In this document: positions 8,163 to 18,667 of the stretch, piece after piece
How positions within the stretch are numbered: the stretch's first letter is position 1
How the letters are laid out: the number at the start of each line of letters is the position of its first letter
Source: an uncultured virus (IMG/VR IMGVR_UViG_3300025128_000028)
Taxonomy: Duplodnaviria; Heunggongvirae; Uroviricota; Caudoviricetes
Virus record (IMG/VR): IMGVR_UViG_3300025128_000028
Length of the DNA stretch: 64,000 bases
Reading direction: 5' to 3' (one strand)
Made by a program: the position numbers and the translations under genes
The notes under the pieces: generated by a model
Seen by the model: the letters and a program-made list of their open reading frames with translations, nothing else
What the model was told of the DNA's origin: nothing
The model's database searches: none

Positions 8163-9176
8163 ATGGATATTACCAAATTAAAGGGTATTGGTGATGGTAC
8201 AGCTAAGAAATTTGAAAAAAACGGAATTACCACAGTAGAGCAATTATTCGTTATACCTCCACCTAAAGTCGCAGAAATGTTAGGAATTGACAACGATTCC
8301 GCAGTAGAATTATTTAAAAAGGCAAGATCAGTTTATGATGATTCACCTGTTTTTCAATCAGGATTAGAAGCAAAGGACGAAGATGATGAATTAGAAAAAA
8401 TATCTACAGGGACTAAGGCACTTGATAAGTTATTTACAGGTGGAATAGAAACTAGTGCAACAACAGAAATATATGGCGAGTTCGGTTGTGGTAAAACACA
8501 GTTTTGTCATACAATGGCAGTAAGAGTTCAACTTCCAAAAGAAAAGGGTGGACTAGATGGGAAATGTGTTTGGATAGATTCAGAAGGAACATTTGAGCCA
8601 ACAAGAATAGAATCAATATCAAAGTCATTAAAATTAGATGAAAAGGAAGCACTTGGAAATATAATTAGGGCAAAGGCATATAATTCAGCAGATCAATATT
8701 TAATTCTTCAAGAACTTGAAAAACTATTGGTTGAAGACGATAAAATAAAATTAATTGTTATAGATAGTGCAACAGGTTTGTTTAGACAGGACTTTAGTGG
8801 ACGAGCCATGTTATCTGAAAGACAAAAATACTTAGATGAATTTTTAACTATGGCTTCTAATATGGCAAATTTTCATAACATAGCAATTATTTGGACAAAT
8901 CAAGTTATGATTAATCCCGGTGTATTTTATGGCGATCCTGTAACAGCAATAGGTGGTACAGTTTTGGCACATAAATCTACTTACAGGGTGTACTTTAAGA
9001 AATCAGGTGCATACCGTATGGGTAAAATGGTTGATAGTCCGAAACACGGTCAGATAGAAGTTATGTTTGGGCTTAGTGAAGACGGTGTAGTTGACCAAGA
9101 AATAGCAGAAGAACTAGAAAAGAAACGTAAAGCTGATAAGGCAAAGGCAAAAAAATCAAAAGAAACAGTTATATAA
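8163..9176 (+). CDS. radA: DNA repair and recombination protein RadA
   Basis: N-terminal HhH LKGIG; GEFGCGKTQ Walker A; LIVIDS Walker B; TNQV; start reset to ATG8163. Confidence 0.97.
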   Translation: MDITKLKGIGDGTAKKFEKNGITTVEQLFVIPPPKVAEMLGIDNDSAVELFKKARSVYDDSPVFQSGLEAKDEDDELEKISTGTKALDKLFTGGIETSATTEIYGEFGCGKTQFCHTMAVRVQLPKEKGGLDGKCVWIDSEGTFEPTRIESISKSLKLDEKEALGNIIRAKAYNSADQYLILQELEKLLVEDDKIKLIVIDSATGLFRQDFSGRAMLSERQKYLDEFLTMASNMANFHNIAIIWTNQVMINPGVFYGDPVTAIGGTVLAHKSTYRVYFKKSGAYRMGKMVDSPKHGQIEVMFGLSEDGVVDQEIAEELEKKRKADKAKAKKSKETVI

Positions 9177-9198
9177 GGACACCGAAGCTCTTAAATAT

Positions 9199-9300
9199 AT
9201 GAAATGTGTTTTATGTAAAGGTAAAATAGTTTTGACACCCTATAAATACGAAGAAAAACCGCTTTATCAATGCGAACAATGTGAGGAAGAATACGTCTAA
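9199..9300 (+). CDS. 33-aa zinc-ribbon microprotein
   Basis: MKCVLCKGKIVLTPYKYEEKPLYQCEQCEEEYV. Confidence 0.6.
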   Translation: MKCVLCKGKIVLTPYKYEEKPLYQCEQCEEEYV

Positions 9301-9333
9301 ATACTTATATACATTGACAGGATTGGGTAATAT

Positions 9334-11214
9334 ATGGGATTCTTTAGCAAGATTAGGGAAAGTTTGGATGTTCGTAATTATAAGATAGTTGATTCACAAG
9401 ACTATGGTAGGATAACACAAGACCATTATTCTATGAGAAAGACCATAAATGATGAATATTTACACGCAAACAGCAGGGCTAGTACACCATATCCATTCAT
9501 GGATACGCCTGATGGAAGTAAAATTCCAATGTGGAGGGTTGCTCCAAATAGAATGTATGAATTAGCAGATTATGTAGGCGATTTAAGGGCAGTTATAGAA
9601 ACTATTCAAAGAGAAATGTTTAGAAATGGAATAGAAGTTATACCAAGATATGAGCATAAATGTCTAGTTTGTTTGAAAGAATACGAACAAAAACCACTAA
9701 AAGAGTTCTTACCATTAACAAAATCTAGAACAGGTCTAGCCAAAGAAAAATTAATGTGTTCCGCTTGTGGAAATGAAAATCCTAGAAAATGGACAAAACC
9801 TGATCCAAAGAATAGACAGATATTACAGTCATTAATTGAAAAAAGGGTTAATAATAACCAGCAATCATTGAAACTTGTTGCAAGACAAGCTGAAAGAGAT
9901 TTAGATATTATAGACGGTTGTTATATATTGGTGTCTAGAAAATGGGCTTTAAAGGTGTTAGAAGAACCTGATCCACTAACAGGGGCAACAAAAGAAGCAG
10001 TAGATGATATAAAGATTAGTAAATTAGATGAAATTATAAGAATACACCCAATTCAATGCAGTTTAATTGCAAGTGATGAGGCAACTTTGGGTATTGGCGG
10101 TGATGGTAAACCACGATATATATGTCCACAATATGAACATAGAGATCATATTTTAGAAGTACCTGTATGTGATAAGTGTGGTTGTAAAGCTTTTAACGCA
10201 TTTTTAGAAACTAACAGCGTTCCTTACGGTGTCCCATTAAGTAGTCCAAAAAAGATGTATTATACTCAAAAAGAAATTATATGGATTCCCGGTAAATATT
10301 ATCCTGATGTGTTATATGGAAACTCCCCAATTCAATCAGTATGGAAAAAGGTTATGTCCCTTATGCACCAAGACGAATATATGTGGAAATACTTTGATAA
10401 GGATAGACCACCAAAATCATTATTGGTTATGGGAAGCAGAAATGCAGAATCAGTAGCCTCATTTATGGAAAAACAAAGACAAGGTGCAAGGCAAGATCCA
10501 TATATGCCACGACCAATACTACTAAATACTGATAATGTAGGTCAAGCACTTCAATATGTTGATCTTACACCAAACTTTAAAGAACTTGAATTGAACGATC
10601 TTAGAAAAGAACTAAGACAAATTATCTCAACTGTTTACGGTGTTCAACCATTATTCTATGGTGAACAGGCAAAGGCTGGACTTGGAAACGAAGCACTTCA
10701 AGTAACTCTTACAAACAGGACAATTAAATGGTTTCAAAGATTTTTCAATGAAAATTTCTTTGATGAAATTACTGATATATTGGAAATATATGATTGGAAA
10801 ATTGAATTAGTAACAAGCGAAGAAATTGATGAACTTAGAGAAGAACAAGTTAGAGGACAAAAGATAGATAACACAGTAAAATTATATGGTATGGGCTTTG
10901 ATGTGGCATTTGACGGTGAAAATAACATACAAATATCACAATATCCAAATCCTGAAAAACAAGAAGCTATGATGGGTGGTGGAGCAGGTCAAAATATTGG
11001 AGCAGGTAATAATGATAAAACAACATCAAGTTCACCTAAAAAAGAAGGTGAAGCACAACAATTTGACGGACAACCAAAAATTGCAAGACCAAGCGATAAA
11101 GTAGGTACAGGTGAAGGTGATCCAAGAGGATCAGGCACAGGAACTACATTAAGCAATAAAGGTATGAGCAAAAAAGATTGGGATAAGTTTTTAAAAAGCA
11201 TAGATGAGGATTAA
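9334..11214 (+). CDS. Portal protein with zinc-ribbon insertions
   Basis: LYGNSPIQ, DRPPKSLL and ISTVYGVQP portal-like motifs; upstream of protease and capsid genes. Confidence 0.85.
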   Translation: MGFFSKIRESLDVRNYKIVDSQDYGRITQDHYSMRKTINDEYLHANSRASTPYPFMDTPDGSKIPMWRVAPNRMYELADYVGDLRAVIETIQREMFRNGIEVIPRYEHKCLVCLKEYEQKPLKEFLPLTKSRTGLAKEKLMCSACGNENPRKWTKPDPKNRQILQSLIEKRVNNNQQSLKLVARQAERDLDIIDGCYILVSRKWALKVLEEPDPLTGATKEAVDDIKISKLDEIIRIHPIQCSLIASDEATLGIGGDGKPRYICPQYEHRDHILEVPVCDKCGCKAFNAFLETNSVPYGVPLSSPKKMYYTQKEIIWIPGKYYPDVLYGNSPIQSVWKKVMSLMHQDEYMWKYFDKDRPPKSLLVMGSRNAESVASFMEKQRQGARQDPYMPRPILLNTDNVGQALQYVDLTPNFKELELNDLRKELRQIISTVYGVQPLFYGEQAKAGLGNEALQVTLTNRTIKWFQRFFNENFFDEITDILEIYDWKIELVTSEEIDELREEQVRGQKIDNTVKLYGMGFDVAFDGENNIQISQYPNPEKQEAMMGGGAGQNIGAGNNDKTTSSSPKKEGEAQQFDGQPKIARPSDKVGTGEGDPRGSGTGTTLSNKGMSKKDWDKFLKSIDED

Positions 11215-11215
11215 A

Positions 11216-11365
11216 TTGAAATATACTTGCGATATTTGTGGTTGGACAAAGGAAAATGAAGAAAGTCATCATGTAACATCTAGTGATTTTAATGAAATTT
11301 TTGAACATGAGAAAACACATAATAAAGGCAGTTATTGGGAGCAAATAGCGAAGAAAAATGATTAG
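11216..11365 (+). CDS. C2H2-like zinc-finger microprotein
   Basis: TTG start; YTCDICG...HEKTH. Confidence 0.55.
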   Translation: MKYTCDICGWTKENEESHHVTSSDFNEIFEHEKTHNKGSYWEQIAKKND

Positions 11366-11520
11366 TGATACAGAAATAGTTGAAGAAATAAAAAGATATA
11401 TGGAAAATAACCCATTTGCAACAGCTTTTGATATTGTTGAATTTTTTACTCAAAAAGGAATGTCTAAGGATATGGTTCTATACATACTTAAAGAAATAGT
11501 AAATGAGGGGGTTAGAGAAA

Positions 11521-12051
11521 GTGGGCGATAGGTTTGGTTGGATTAAAGACGGTTTAGATCAAAAAGACAGGATTCAAAAACGTGATTTAAAGGAAAGAGC
11601 TGGAAAAGAAAACACACATACAAAAAAAATTAGAGAAGCTGTTCAATCAGATGAACAAACTAGAATTAATATGTATAGTGAGGGCTTTTGCTATGGTTGT
11701 AGTAAAACCGATAAAGTGATTAGTACCTTGATATATATGTGTGGGGACTGTATGGATAGGCGAGGAACAGAAGGATTAATGTGTTTAGTTATTAAAAAAA
11801 CAAGTTATGAATTATGTGATATACACGCTGGTTGGGTTCTTAATGATGCTTGGCAAATCAACTGTTCATTATGTGATTCTTGTATGCGAAGACTAAAATT
11901 AGTTCATAAAGAGTATAGAAAGAAAGGTGGAAGAAAAAATGCACCTGATCAAATTATTAAAAGAAAGTTTTATGCAAGAAATCCCGGTGAAGTATTAGGA
12001 AATGGTATAACTAGAGATCAAACTGCTGATCAACGGTATGCAAGACGTTAG
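11521..12051 (+). CDS. Cys-rich zinc-binding protein
   Basis: CYGC, CGDC, CDIH and CSLCDSC motifs; GTG11521 follows GAGGGGG SD. Confidence 0.7.
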   Translation: MGDRFGWIKDGLDQKDRIQKRDLKERAGKENTHTKKIREAVQSDEQTRINMYSEGFCYGCSKTDKVISTLIYMCGDCMDRRGTEGLMCLVIKKTSYELCDIHAGWVLNDAWQINCSLCDSCMRRLKLVHKEYRKKGGRKNAPDQIIKRKFYARNPGEVLGNGITRDQTADQRYARR

Positions 12052-12596
12052 ATATTTTTTTCTGCTTTGTCTATTTTATATTCTAATTCTGCTATTTTAT
12101 TCAACTGTTCTGCTCTTGATGGCTCATCATATCCATCTTCCCAATGAAATTTAATCTTTTCAGTATTGTAATCAATTATTAAATGAACGGTATTTGTACC
12201 AGCGTCATAATACCACTCCCCCATTAATGTCATTTTTTTATGTGGAAGTTTAGAACCATAATATATACACTTTTTAGCAAAAATAGGTTTTGACCAAAAC
12301 CGTGTTTTAACTTCAACACGCTTTTCTTGAACATTATATACAAAATTTTGTCTTGTTACGTGAATTGGCTCTTTCTTAAACCGTGTTGCATTAGTAGTGC
12401 CAACTCCCGGATGTATATGCACATACCTCTTGTTTACATTAAGATTATCATTTACCATGTTCATACCTGTATAAAACCAAAATGAATGATTTTCAGGTAT
12501 ATCTATGGCTTCAATTTCAAGCCTATTATTGACGTTCCCTGAAAAAGGGTGTAATTTATTGTATGTGTAAATGTTGTCATATACAAAGAAATCCAT
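12048..12596 (-). CDS. Hypothetical protein
   Basis: 182-aa ORF with TATA upstream. Confidence 0.7.
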   Translation of the reverse strand: MDFFVYDNIYTYNKLHPFSGNVNNRLEIEAIDIPENHSFWFYTGMNMVNDNLNVNKRYVHIHPGVGTTNATRFKKEPIHVTRQNFVYNVQEKRVEVKTRFWSKPIFAKKCIYYGSKLPHKKMTLMGEWYYDAGTNTVHLIIDYNTEKIKFHWEDGYDEPSRAEQLNKIAELEYKIDKAEKNI

Positions 12597-12645
12597 ATAT
12601 AAATGAACATTAAACCTTTATATAACCGTTTCTTTTTGATTATTT

Positions 12646-12882
12646 ATGGGTTTCGAGAAACAAAATCTAGCACTTCTAGTGGTAGGACTGTCCCTTATAT
12701 CAGCAATAGTATTTGTTGGTTGGGGTGCAGCTAAAGGTCTATTATTAGATGGCGATGTTCAAATGACAGCTGAACAATACGGCACAATATTCACATTTGT
12801 GTTTGGTATTATGATTGGATCGGCTTTGACATATTTGGGTATCCGTGCAGGTCAAAATACAACACAGGAATCACAATCGTAA
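12646..12882 (+). CDS. Two-TM membrane protein (possible holin)
   Basis: Two hydrophobic helices in 78 aa; located in the head module. Confidence 0.6.
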   Translation: MGFEKQNLALLVVGLSLISAIVFVGWGAAKGLLLDGDVQMTAEQYGTIFTFVFGIMIGSALTYLGIRAGQNTTQESQS

Positions 12883-12922
12883 TATAAGTTATACTTATAT
12901 ACTATTGTCTTATTTTTTATAT

Positions 12923-14056
12923 ATGAGTGATTACATAGAGTTTCCACACTTTATCACAAAAGGCATAGAAGTAAACGGTAAAAACTTCGAGACTGGCGAT
13001 GAACGTAGAGTTTTCAAAGGTCATATAACTGCTGAAATTATTGATAAACAACATGAATTTGTCTTTGTAAAAGAAGTTATGAAAATTATGGAAACATTTA
13101 TGTCCGTAAATCCCGTAATATCAGATTACCATAGCAATAGAATGGTAGGTAAAGTCCTTGCATACGAACAATCGGAATATCAGGGTGTCCCAACTGTTTT
13201 AATTACAGGTGAGTTATATAAGAAAGATGGCGTAACACTATATGACAAAGTTTGGGATAAGGTTGTAAAAGGTGAATATGCAGGTTTAAGCATGGGTGGA
13301 GCAAGTAAAGAACGTGAGCCAATCCAAAAAGACGGTAAAATGGCATTAGAATTAAGAAAATTAGAATTATATGAAATTGCATTGTGTGATACACCAGCTA
13401 ATCCATTTGCAATTATTGAATCAGTTAATACATTTGCAAAGGCACAAGGCTTAGAAGAAATGGTAAAAGACTATAATGGTAGGGAACAGATAAGATGTAA
13501 TAGTTTAAGTTGTAAATTTGAAAAAGGAACAGATTTGAATCAGGATAAAGACCTAGATCATAACTATAGATGTGATGATAATTCAAATATATGTGTTGTT
13601 TGTGGTGTAAAAAAGACTGAACACGGCATAGAACAGTTCGATAAGCCTACTGAAAAATTAGATTCTAAAACATTAGTTAATAGATCTGCTGAAACTAGAG
13701 CAGATAATGTAGGGGAATCTACAGGAAGCCCAAAACAAGTTAATGATTTAATGGGACAAATACCAAAACAAACAGCAAGACCACAAGTTAAACCAATACC
13801 ATTAACAGCACCTACTAAACCAAAAGGATTACAAAAACATCATATACCAGCAACACCTGAAAGCATAGAAGGTAAGGCAAGAAAGAAGAACAAAGAAGTA
13901 GAAAAACAACAAGTTCCTCATGGAAACGAATTAGAAGAAAAGTGGACGGTTCATAAAATGATTGACCATTTTGGGATAAATCAAGTAAAAAAGGCAGTAG
14001 AAGAAGCAGAAACATTAGAATATCTAAAAAGACTAAGTAGAAAGTATAACAACTAA
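12923..14056 (+). CDS. Prohead (HK97-type) maturation protease
   Basis: DYHSNRMVGK (His), GLSMGG (Ser), LYEIALCDTPANPFA motifs; start reset to ATG12923. Confidence 0.92.
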   Translation: MSDYIEFPHFITKGIEVNGKNFETGDERRVFKGHITAEIIDKQHEFVFVKEVMKIMETFMSVNPVISDYHSNRMVGKVLAYEQSEYQGVPTVLITGELYKKDGVTLYDKVWDKVVKGEYAGLSMGGASKEREPIQKDGKMALELRKLELYEIALCDTPANPFAIIESVNTFAKAQGLEEMVKDYNGREQIRCNSLSCKFEKGTDLNQDKDLDHNYRCDDNSNICVVCGVKKTEHGIEQFDKPTEKLDSKTLVNRSAETRADNVGESTGSPKQVNDLMGQIPKQTARPQVKPIPLTAPTKPKGLQKHHIPATPESIEGKARKKNKEVEKQQVPHGNELEEKWTVHKMIDHFGINQVKKAVEEAETLEYLKRLSRKYNN

Positions 14057-14106
14057 GTTTTAAAAATTAACTTTATATATCACCAAAAATGTTTATATAT
14101 AACAAC

Positions 14107-14778
14107 ATGACTACAGAAAAAGACGTACAAACAGAAGAAATTTCTGAAACAGTTCAAAAATCAGATGACACTTCAGTTACATCTATTCTTGCTTCATTAG
14201 TTAAAGCACAAGAAGATAGAATTGATTCTTTCGAGAAAAGATTCGATGGTCTTGAAACTTTAATTAAAGAACACAATGCAAACCCTGTCGATCACGGCAC
14301 AGAAGTTGAAAATCAACCAAAGGTCGAGGATAAAGACGATGTTGGCGACAAAGTTACCGTAGGTAATGAGTTAGCACCATCACCTAAAGATCAGGCTTCA
14401 ATAATCGCACCAGCCCTCCAAACTCCTTCCGCAGATGCAGAAGGTCTAAAGATGGAAAATAAGGCAGATGACGATAAGAAAGAAGACGATAAAAAGGAAG
14501 AAGTTGCAAAGACAGAAGACGAAGAAAAAGATGATAAGAAAGAAGAAGTCAAGAAATCTGACGAAGACACTTCAGAATATGAAATTGTAAAGACGGTTCG
14601 ACCAGTTCTCAAAGCTCAAGATGACGAGTCAACAATCCCAACAGGCTATCAAATATTGAAAGCAATCGCTGGTGGTTGGAATGGACAAACATCTAGTGCA
14701 GAAGAAGCTCTGGTTATAGCACACAACAAACTAGAAAGTGGCGAGTTCGGAAACGGATTACCACAGGGGGCATACTAA
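14107..14778 (+). CDS. Capsid scaffolding protein
   Basis: Highly charged low-complexity protein between protease and capsid genes. Confidence 0.7.
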   Translation: MTTEKDVQTEEISETVQKSDDTSVTSILASLVKAQEDRIDSFEKRFDGLETLIKEHNANPVDHGTEVENQPKVEDKDDVGDKVTVGNELAPSPKDQASIIAPALQTPSADAEGLKMENKADDDKKEDDKKEEVAKTEDEEKDDKKEEVKKSDEDTSEYEIVKTVRPVLKAQDDESTIPTGYQILKAIAGGWNGQTSSAEEALVIAHNKLESGEFGNGLPQGAY

Positions 14779-14779
14779 A

Positions 14780-16021
14780 TTGTCAACCTATCTAGGACTA
14801 CGTTCAATAGATGAACTAGTTAATTATACCTATAACAGAACTCCTGACGAGATTTTGAAAGCAGGTTTCAGTACCACAGATCCGGGTGCAGGTGGGAACT
14901 ATAACCCTCTATTCGGAGCTATGGCATGGGCTAACTTCAACATGGAAGCAAACATCTTCGCAGCTTTGCCAAAATATGTATGGGACTTTTCAGGTTTCCG
15001 TATCTTTAGTGCAAAAGCAAGTAACTTACCAACTGTGAACGACAAAGTTCATGGATATGGTGGTACAGTAGAAGGTGGACAGATTTCCGCAGCTGTAAAA
15101 CCTACAGTTAAAGAAGTAACAGTCAAACCAAAAACCTTACAATACGTATTCGAAGCATCAGAACTTTTGGAACAGCTTGTAGATAACTCCAGAGATGATA
15201 ACTACGGTTCTCTTGCACAGCAAAGAGTTTACGCTAGTGATCAATTTAAGGAAAGAGTCAATTTAATGCTTACCGACATTCCTGTCGATACAGTACAAAC
15301 TGACAAAAACCAAAAATTGAACTTAGAATCTCTAGATAGAATTGTAGCTTCAGGTGCAGAATATACATTTGAGGCACACAGTAACGTAGCCGATTTATAT
15401 GATCCTTGGCGATCAGCAAACGGAAACGGTATTGACAGAACTACAGCTACATACGATTCAACTGTAAAATCACCTTCAGGTACATTAGGTACTGCTGACG
15501 TATTAACCGATGCAGTTATCAGGGATGTTCTTGCAGATGTGAGAATTGCAGCTGGAAAAGAGCCAACAGTTATGATTGGTGGACAGGACACATACTCCGA
15601 AGTTCAATCAATCTATATGAACGCTTATCGTATCCAAAACACAGCTGATTTAAGAACAGAATTTAGCGTAGGCGTAAACGGTGTAGATACTTTCACTGGT
15701 ACAGGTGCTGGATTGCATATATCCACGATATATGGACTTCCATTCATTCCTTCAAAGGATACACCTCAATCAGCAGAAGGTTCAGTAGATGACTTGTTCA
15801 TCTTGAACACTAGTGCAGATAAAAATGCTCCAAACAAACCATTGGTCGGTATTCAGGTACTAAAGCCAATCGTTTATTACGAAGCAGGAAAAAGACAACA
15901 GGGCTATCCATTCATTAACGAAGCTTTCAACGATCGAGCTTTGTATAATATGTTAGCAGAAACTACCTGTCGAAACTTTAAAGCACAAGCCAAAGTTAGA
16001 GATATAGCTTCAGGAATTTAA
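14780..16021 (+). CDS. Major capsid protein (HK97 fold)
   Basis: Size and position; in-frame TTG14780 after GGGGG SD; followed by poly-T terminator. Confidence 0.88.
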   Translation: MSTYLGLRSIDELVNYTYNRTPDEILKAGFSTTDPGAGGNYNPLFGAMAWANFNMEANIFAALPKYVWDFSGFRIFSAKASNLPTVNDKVHGYGGTVEGGQISAAVKPTVKEVTVKPKTLQYVFEASELLEQLVDNSRDDNYGSLAQQRVYASDQFKERVNLMLTDIPVDTVQTDKNQKLNLESLDRIVASGAEYTFEAHSNVADLYDPWRSANGNGIDRTTATYDSTVKSPSGTLGTADVLTDAVIRDVLADVRIAAGKEPTVMIGGQDTYSEVQSIYMNAYRIQNTADLRTEFSVGVNGVDTFTGTGAGLHISTIYGLPFIPSKDTPQSAEGSVDDLFILNTSADKNAPNKPLVGIQVLKPIVYYEAGKRQQGYPFINEAFNDRALYNMLAETTCRNFKAQAKVRDIASGI

Positions 16022-16028
16022 TAAAATA

Positions 16029-16048
16029 CCCCCCTTTCTTTTTTTTTA
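16029..16048 (+). terminator. C-run plus poly-T archaeal terminator
   Basis: CCCCCCTTTCTTTTTTTTT after capsid stop; similar tracts near 28426 (+) and 3295, 54931, 56363 (-). Confidence 0.7.
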
Positions 16049-16132
16049 AATTTTCAAAAAATTATTCCTATATAAAAGAATTATATATCTATATATAATA
16101 ATCTTTATATACTATTTTCTTGGTTTCGTCTT

Positions 16133-16498
16133 ATGGCAGTAACCATAACAACAAATGCAAAATATTCGCATTTCAATGCAGATAGATCCCACGTTGTAAA
16201 ACCGGGTGGGGTAGGTGTTGAAAAGGAAATGGTATGTGACATAGTTGTCGCTTCAGAAGACCTTTCTAACACAACCACAGGCAACTTTGTTTGTGATTTT
16301 ACACAAGTAGGCTTAAAACAGGTCTATTTCTGTCAAATTGTCGATCAAAGTGAGCTGGTAAACCTCTACTTCTTTAAAGAAGCAAGTGGTTCGGCAGCTG
16401 CAACCGCTTCTATTGATGTGAGAAAACTAGCAGATGGAGCTACTCAAAACGCAGCTTCACACGCAGTAAACCTAACCGTAGTTGTAAGAGGCATTTAG
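16133..16498 (+). CDS. Putative minor capsid/decoration protein
   Basis: Beta-rich; directly after the capsid gene. Confidence 0.5.
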   Translation: MAVTITTNAKYSHFNADRSHVVKPGGVGVEKEMVCDIVVASEDLSNTTTGNFVCDFTQVGLKQVYFCQIVDQSELVNLYFFKEASGSAAATASIDVRKLADGATQNAASHAVNLTVVVRGI

Positions 16499-16537
16499 TA
16501 AATCTTTTTATACTACTTCCTTTTTTTATATATTATA

Positions 16538-16801
16538 ATGGCTTCTAGATATGCTCGAAAATTGGTCGGATCTCAAGGCGAAGCAGTAGGTCGAAAAGGC
16601 AAACTACAACACGTATATATTGCTGTTACAGGCGATAGAGTTTGGGAATTAAGAGATGTAAATGTAAGTGGATCTGTATTATACAAGGTATCCGCTGGAG
16701 TAGCAATTCCTCATACAGATTTAGGAATATCATTTAAAACAGCTTTATTCGCTAAAGTTGTTAGTGGATCTTCAGGCGAAATTAACGTAGTTTACGAATA
16801 A
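16538..16801 (+). CDS. Putative small virion protein
   Basis: Beta-rich 87 aa in the head-tail region. Confidence 0.5.
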   Translation: MASRYARKLVGSQGEAVGRKGKLQHVYIAVTGDRVWELRDVNVSGSVLYKVSAGVAIPHTDLGISFKTALFAKVVSGSSGEINVVYE

Positions 16802-16830
16802 TTTAAATACTATCCAAGTAATGCTTATAT

Positions 16831-17490
16831 ATGGTTAGAACTCCTGTTTATTGCACAGTTACGGATGTTGCAGATTGGCTTAGAATATCTGTAAATGCAA
16901 ATACTGATCCCAATACAACTATGATTAAAAATTATATAATGGATAATGAGGATAGAATTGACAGATTAACACAGCATACTTGGTTGACAGATAAAAAAGT
17001 TACGGAAGAATTTAGTGTAAATAAACTATATGATTGGGGTAGAGGTATGCCACTATTTCCAAGAAAAAGAAATCTTAAAACATTTGATAAAGATGAAGGT
17101 GATAAATTTGAACTTTGGGATGGGGAAAAATGGGTTGATAACACACCAACAGGTGATGATGACAGTATAATATATTTTCAAGAAATAAAAGGTGTAGTTT
17201 ATTTAAGAGGATATTTGTTTACAATTCTTAGAACAGGTAGATTTAGAGTAACATACAGATATGGCGGTGAACAAGAATCAAGTGCTTCTGAAACAGAAAC
17301 CACTCCAAGAGATATTCAAAAATGCTGTAAACTAATGACTTGTCTAGATATATTGGGAACTGATTTTCACATGAGTCAAATTGCTTATGGAGGGGAAGGA
17401 AACATTGATAAAGATAAAGTTATGAGCAGATGGCAAAATGAAATTGACGAAATAATATGGAGTAGAAGTGAAATAACTTCTATATGGTAG
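16831..17490 (+). CDS. Head-tail adaptor protein
   Basis: YCTVTDV N-terminus, RIDRLT, RVTYRYG...PRDI motifs. Confidence 0.8.
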   Translation: MVRTPVYCTVTDVADWLRISVNANTDPNTTMIKNYIMDNEDRIDRLTQHTWLTDKKVTEEFSVNKLYDWGRGMPLFPRKRNLKTFDKDEGDKFELWDGEKWVDNTPTGDDDSIIYFQEIKGVVYLRGYLFTILRTGRFRVTYRYGGEQESSASETETTPRDIQKCCKLMTCLDILGTDFHMSQIAYGGEGNIDKDKVMSRWQNEIDEIIWSRSEITSIW

Positions 17491-17491
17491 A

Positions 17492-18160
17492 ATGGCTCAA
17501 CAACAACAACAAGGTTTTACAAACCCATATATGTTAGCAGTAAATGAATCAGAAATGGCAAACTTTAAAGATAATATAAGAGATAAAGTCATTCATAATC
17601 TAAAGAAAGTATTAGGCGATGGTGATATAAACTTCACAGGTGATTTGACTAAATCAATTCATAAGGAAACTGCTTCAGGAATACACTTTGTATATATTGA
17701 TTCACCTTATGCAGGTTTAGTAGATAAAGGTATGTCGCCGGGTACTAGAGTTAATTTTGATAAACTAAAGGCTTGGGTAATAGGAAAATTAAAAATATCT
17801 GATACTGCTGTAAACCAATTCGGAAAATCTTTTTGGACAGGTGAGGCAACAACTGTAACTTATAAAATATTTAGAAAAATAGAAAGGGACGGCATAAAGC
17901 CTACATTTTTTGTTAAAAAAGCATTAAAGAAACTTATTGGAAAACATGGACAGGCTAATTTACGAAGATCAAGTGGAAAGAAACAGGGTAAATGGATGAA
18001 GAAATTAAAACGAGGTCTTAAAAAATTAAGTAAGATTCTTAAAAAAGCAAGTAAAAAAGGTATGAAAGGTGTCAAAGTTGCTAATAAAGGTATCAAGAGT
18101 GCTAATAAAGGTATGAATACAGCAAGTAGATACCAAAAGAAATTGGGGAGGTATAAGTAG
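17492..18160 (+). CDS. Neck/tail completion protein (HK97 gp10-like) with basic tail
   Basis: TGDLTKSI...PYAGLVDKG...GIKPTFFV; Lys-rich C-terminus. Confidence 0.7.
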   Translation: MAQQQQQGFTNPYMLAVNESEMANFKDNIRDKVIHNLKKVLGDGDINFTGDLTKSIHKETASGIHFVYIDSPYAGLVDKGMSPGTRVNFDKLKAWVIGKLKISDTAVNQFGKSFWTGEATTVTYKIFRKIERDGIKPTFFVKKALKKLIGKHGQANLRRSSGKKQGKWMKKLKRGLKKLSKILKKASKKGMKGVKVANKGIKSANKGMNTASRYQKKLGRYK

Positions 18161-18162
18161 AA

Positions 18163-18633
18163 ATGGCACAAACTGAAGGTATGGCAGGACTACCATTTGC
18201 AAATGATATAATAGATCATTTAAAGGATAATTGGACTTCTAACGGTGGGACTCAACCTATAATGACTACAAAATGGAAAAAGAAGGCAGTTGGGGTAGGT
18301 TCTAGAAATTATGAAGAAATTATTGTAAGTATAGATTCAGAAGATCCAAGATTATATAGCATGATTTCAGGAATAGGTTCAGATGGTAAATTTGATTATG
18401 ATTGGATGCACGATATATCACTCACTTTGGATATATATTCTAGTACAAGTGAGGAAAGAGTATTACAAATAGTAGATGAAATTCTTAGAATATTGAAAAA
18501 TAACGTTGTTTCTACTATCAATAATAGGGAATATATACAAATTGTACCCACAAATATAGTATCATTAAATGAAGAATTTAGAAATATCTTTAGATATAGC
18601 ATAGACGTAGATGCTATGAGAATTAATCCTTAA
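18163..18633 (+). CDS. Putative tail terminator protein
   Basis: Size and position before tail tube; LTLDIYS strand. Confidence 0.65.
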   Translation: MAQTEGMAGLPFANDIIDHLKDNWTSNGGTQPIMTTKWKKKAVGVGSRNYEEIIVSIDSEDPRLYSMISGIGSDGKFDYDWMHDISLTLDIYSSTSEERVLQIVDEILRILKNNVVSTINNREYIQIVPTNIVSLNEEFRNIFRYSIDVDAMRINP

Positions 18634-18637
18634 TAAT

Positions 18638-18647
18638 ACTTAAATAG
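18638..18647 (+). promoter_or_regulatory. Late-type TATA box TACTTAAATA (leaderless)
   Basis: Related boxes lie about 29-30 nt before ATGs at 9334, 16831, 18668, 24852, 26892, 30252 and 30882. Confidence 0.7.
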
Positions 18648-18667
18648 GATACACCATAATTTTATAT

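Noticed and set aside
14738..14780. Scaffold-capsid frameshift fusion or GTG14738 start
   Set aside because: An in-frame TTG at 14780 after a GGGGG SD explains capsid initiation, and there is no slippery site
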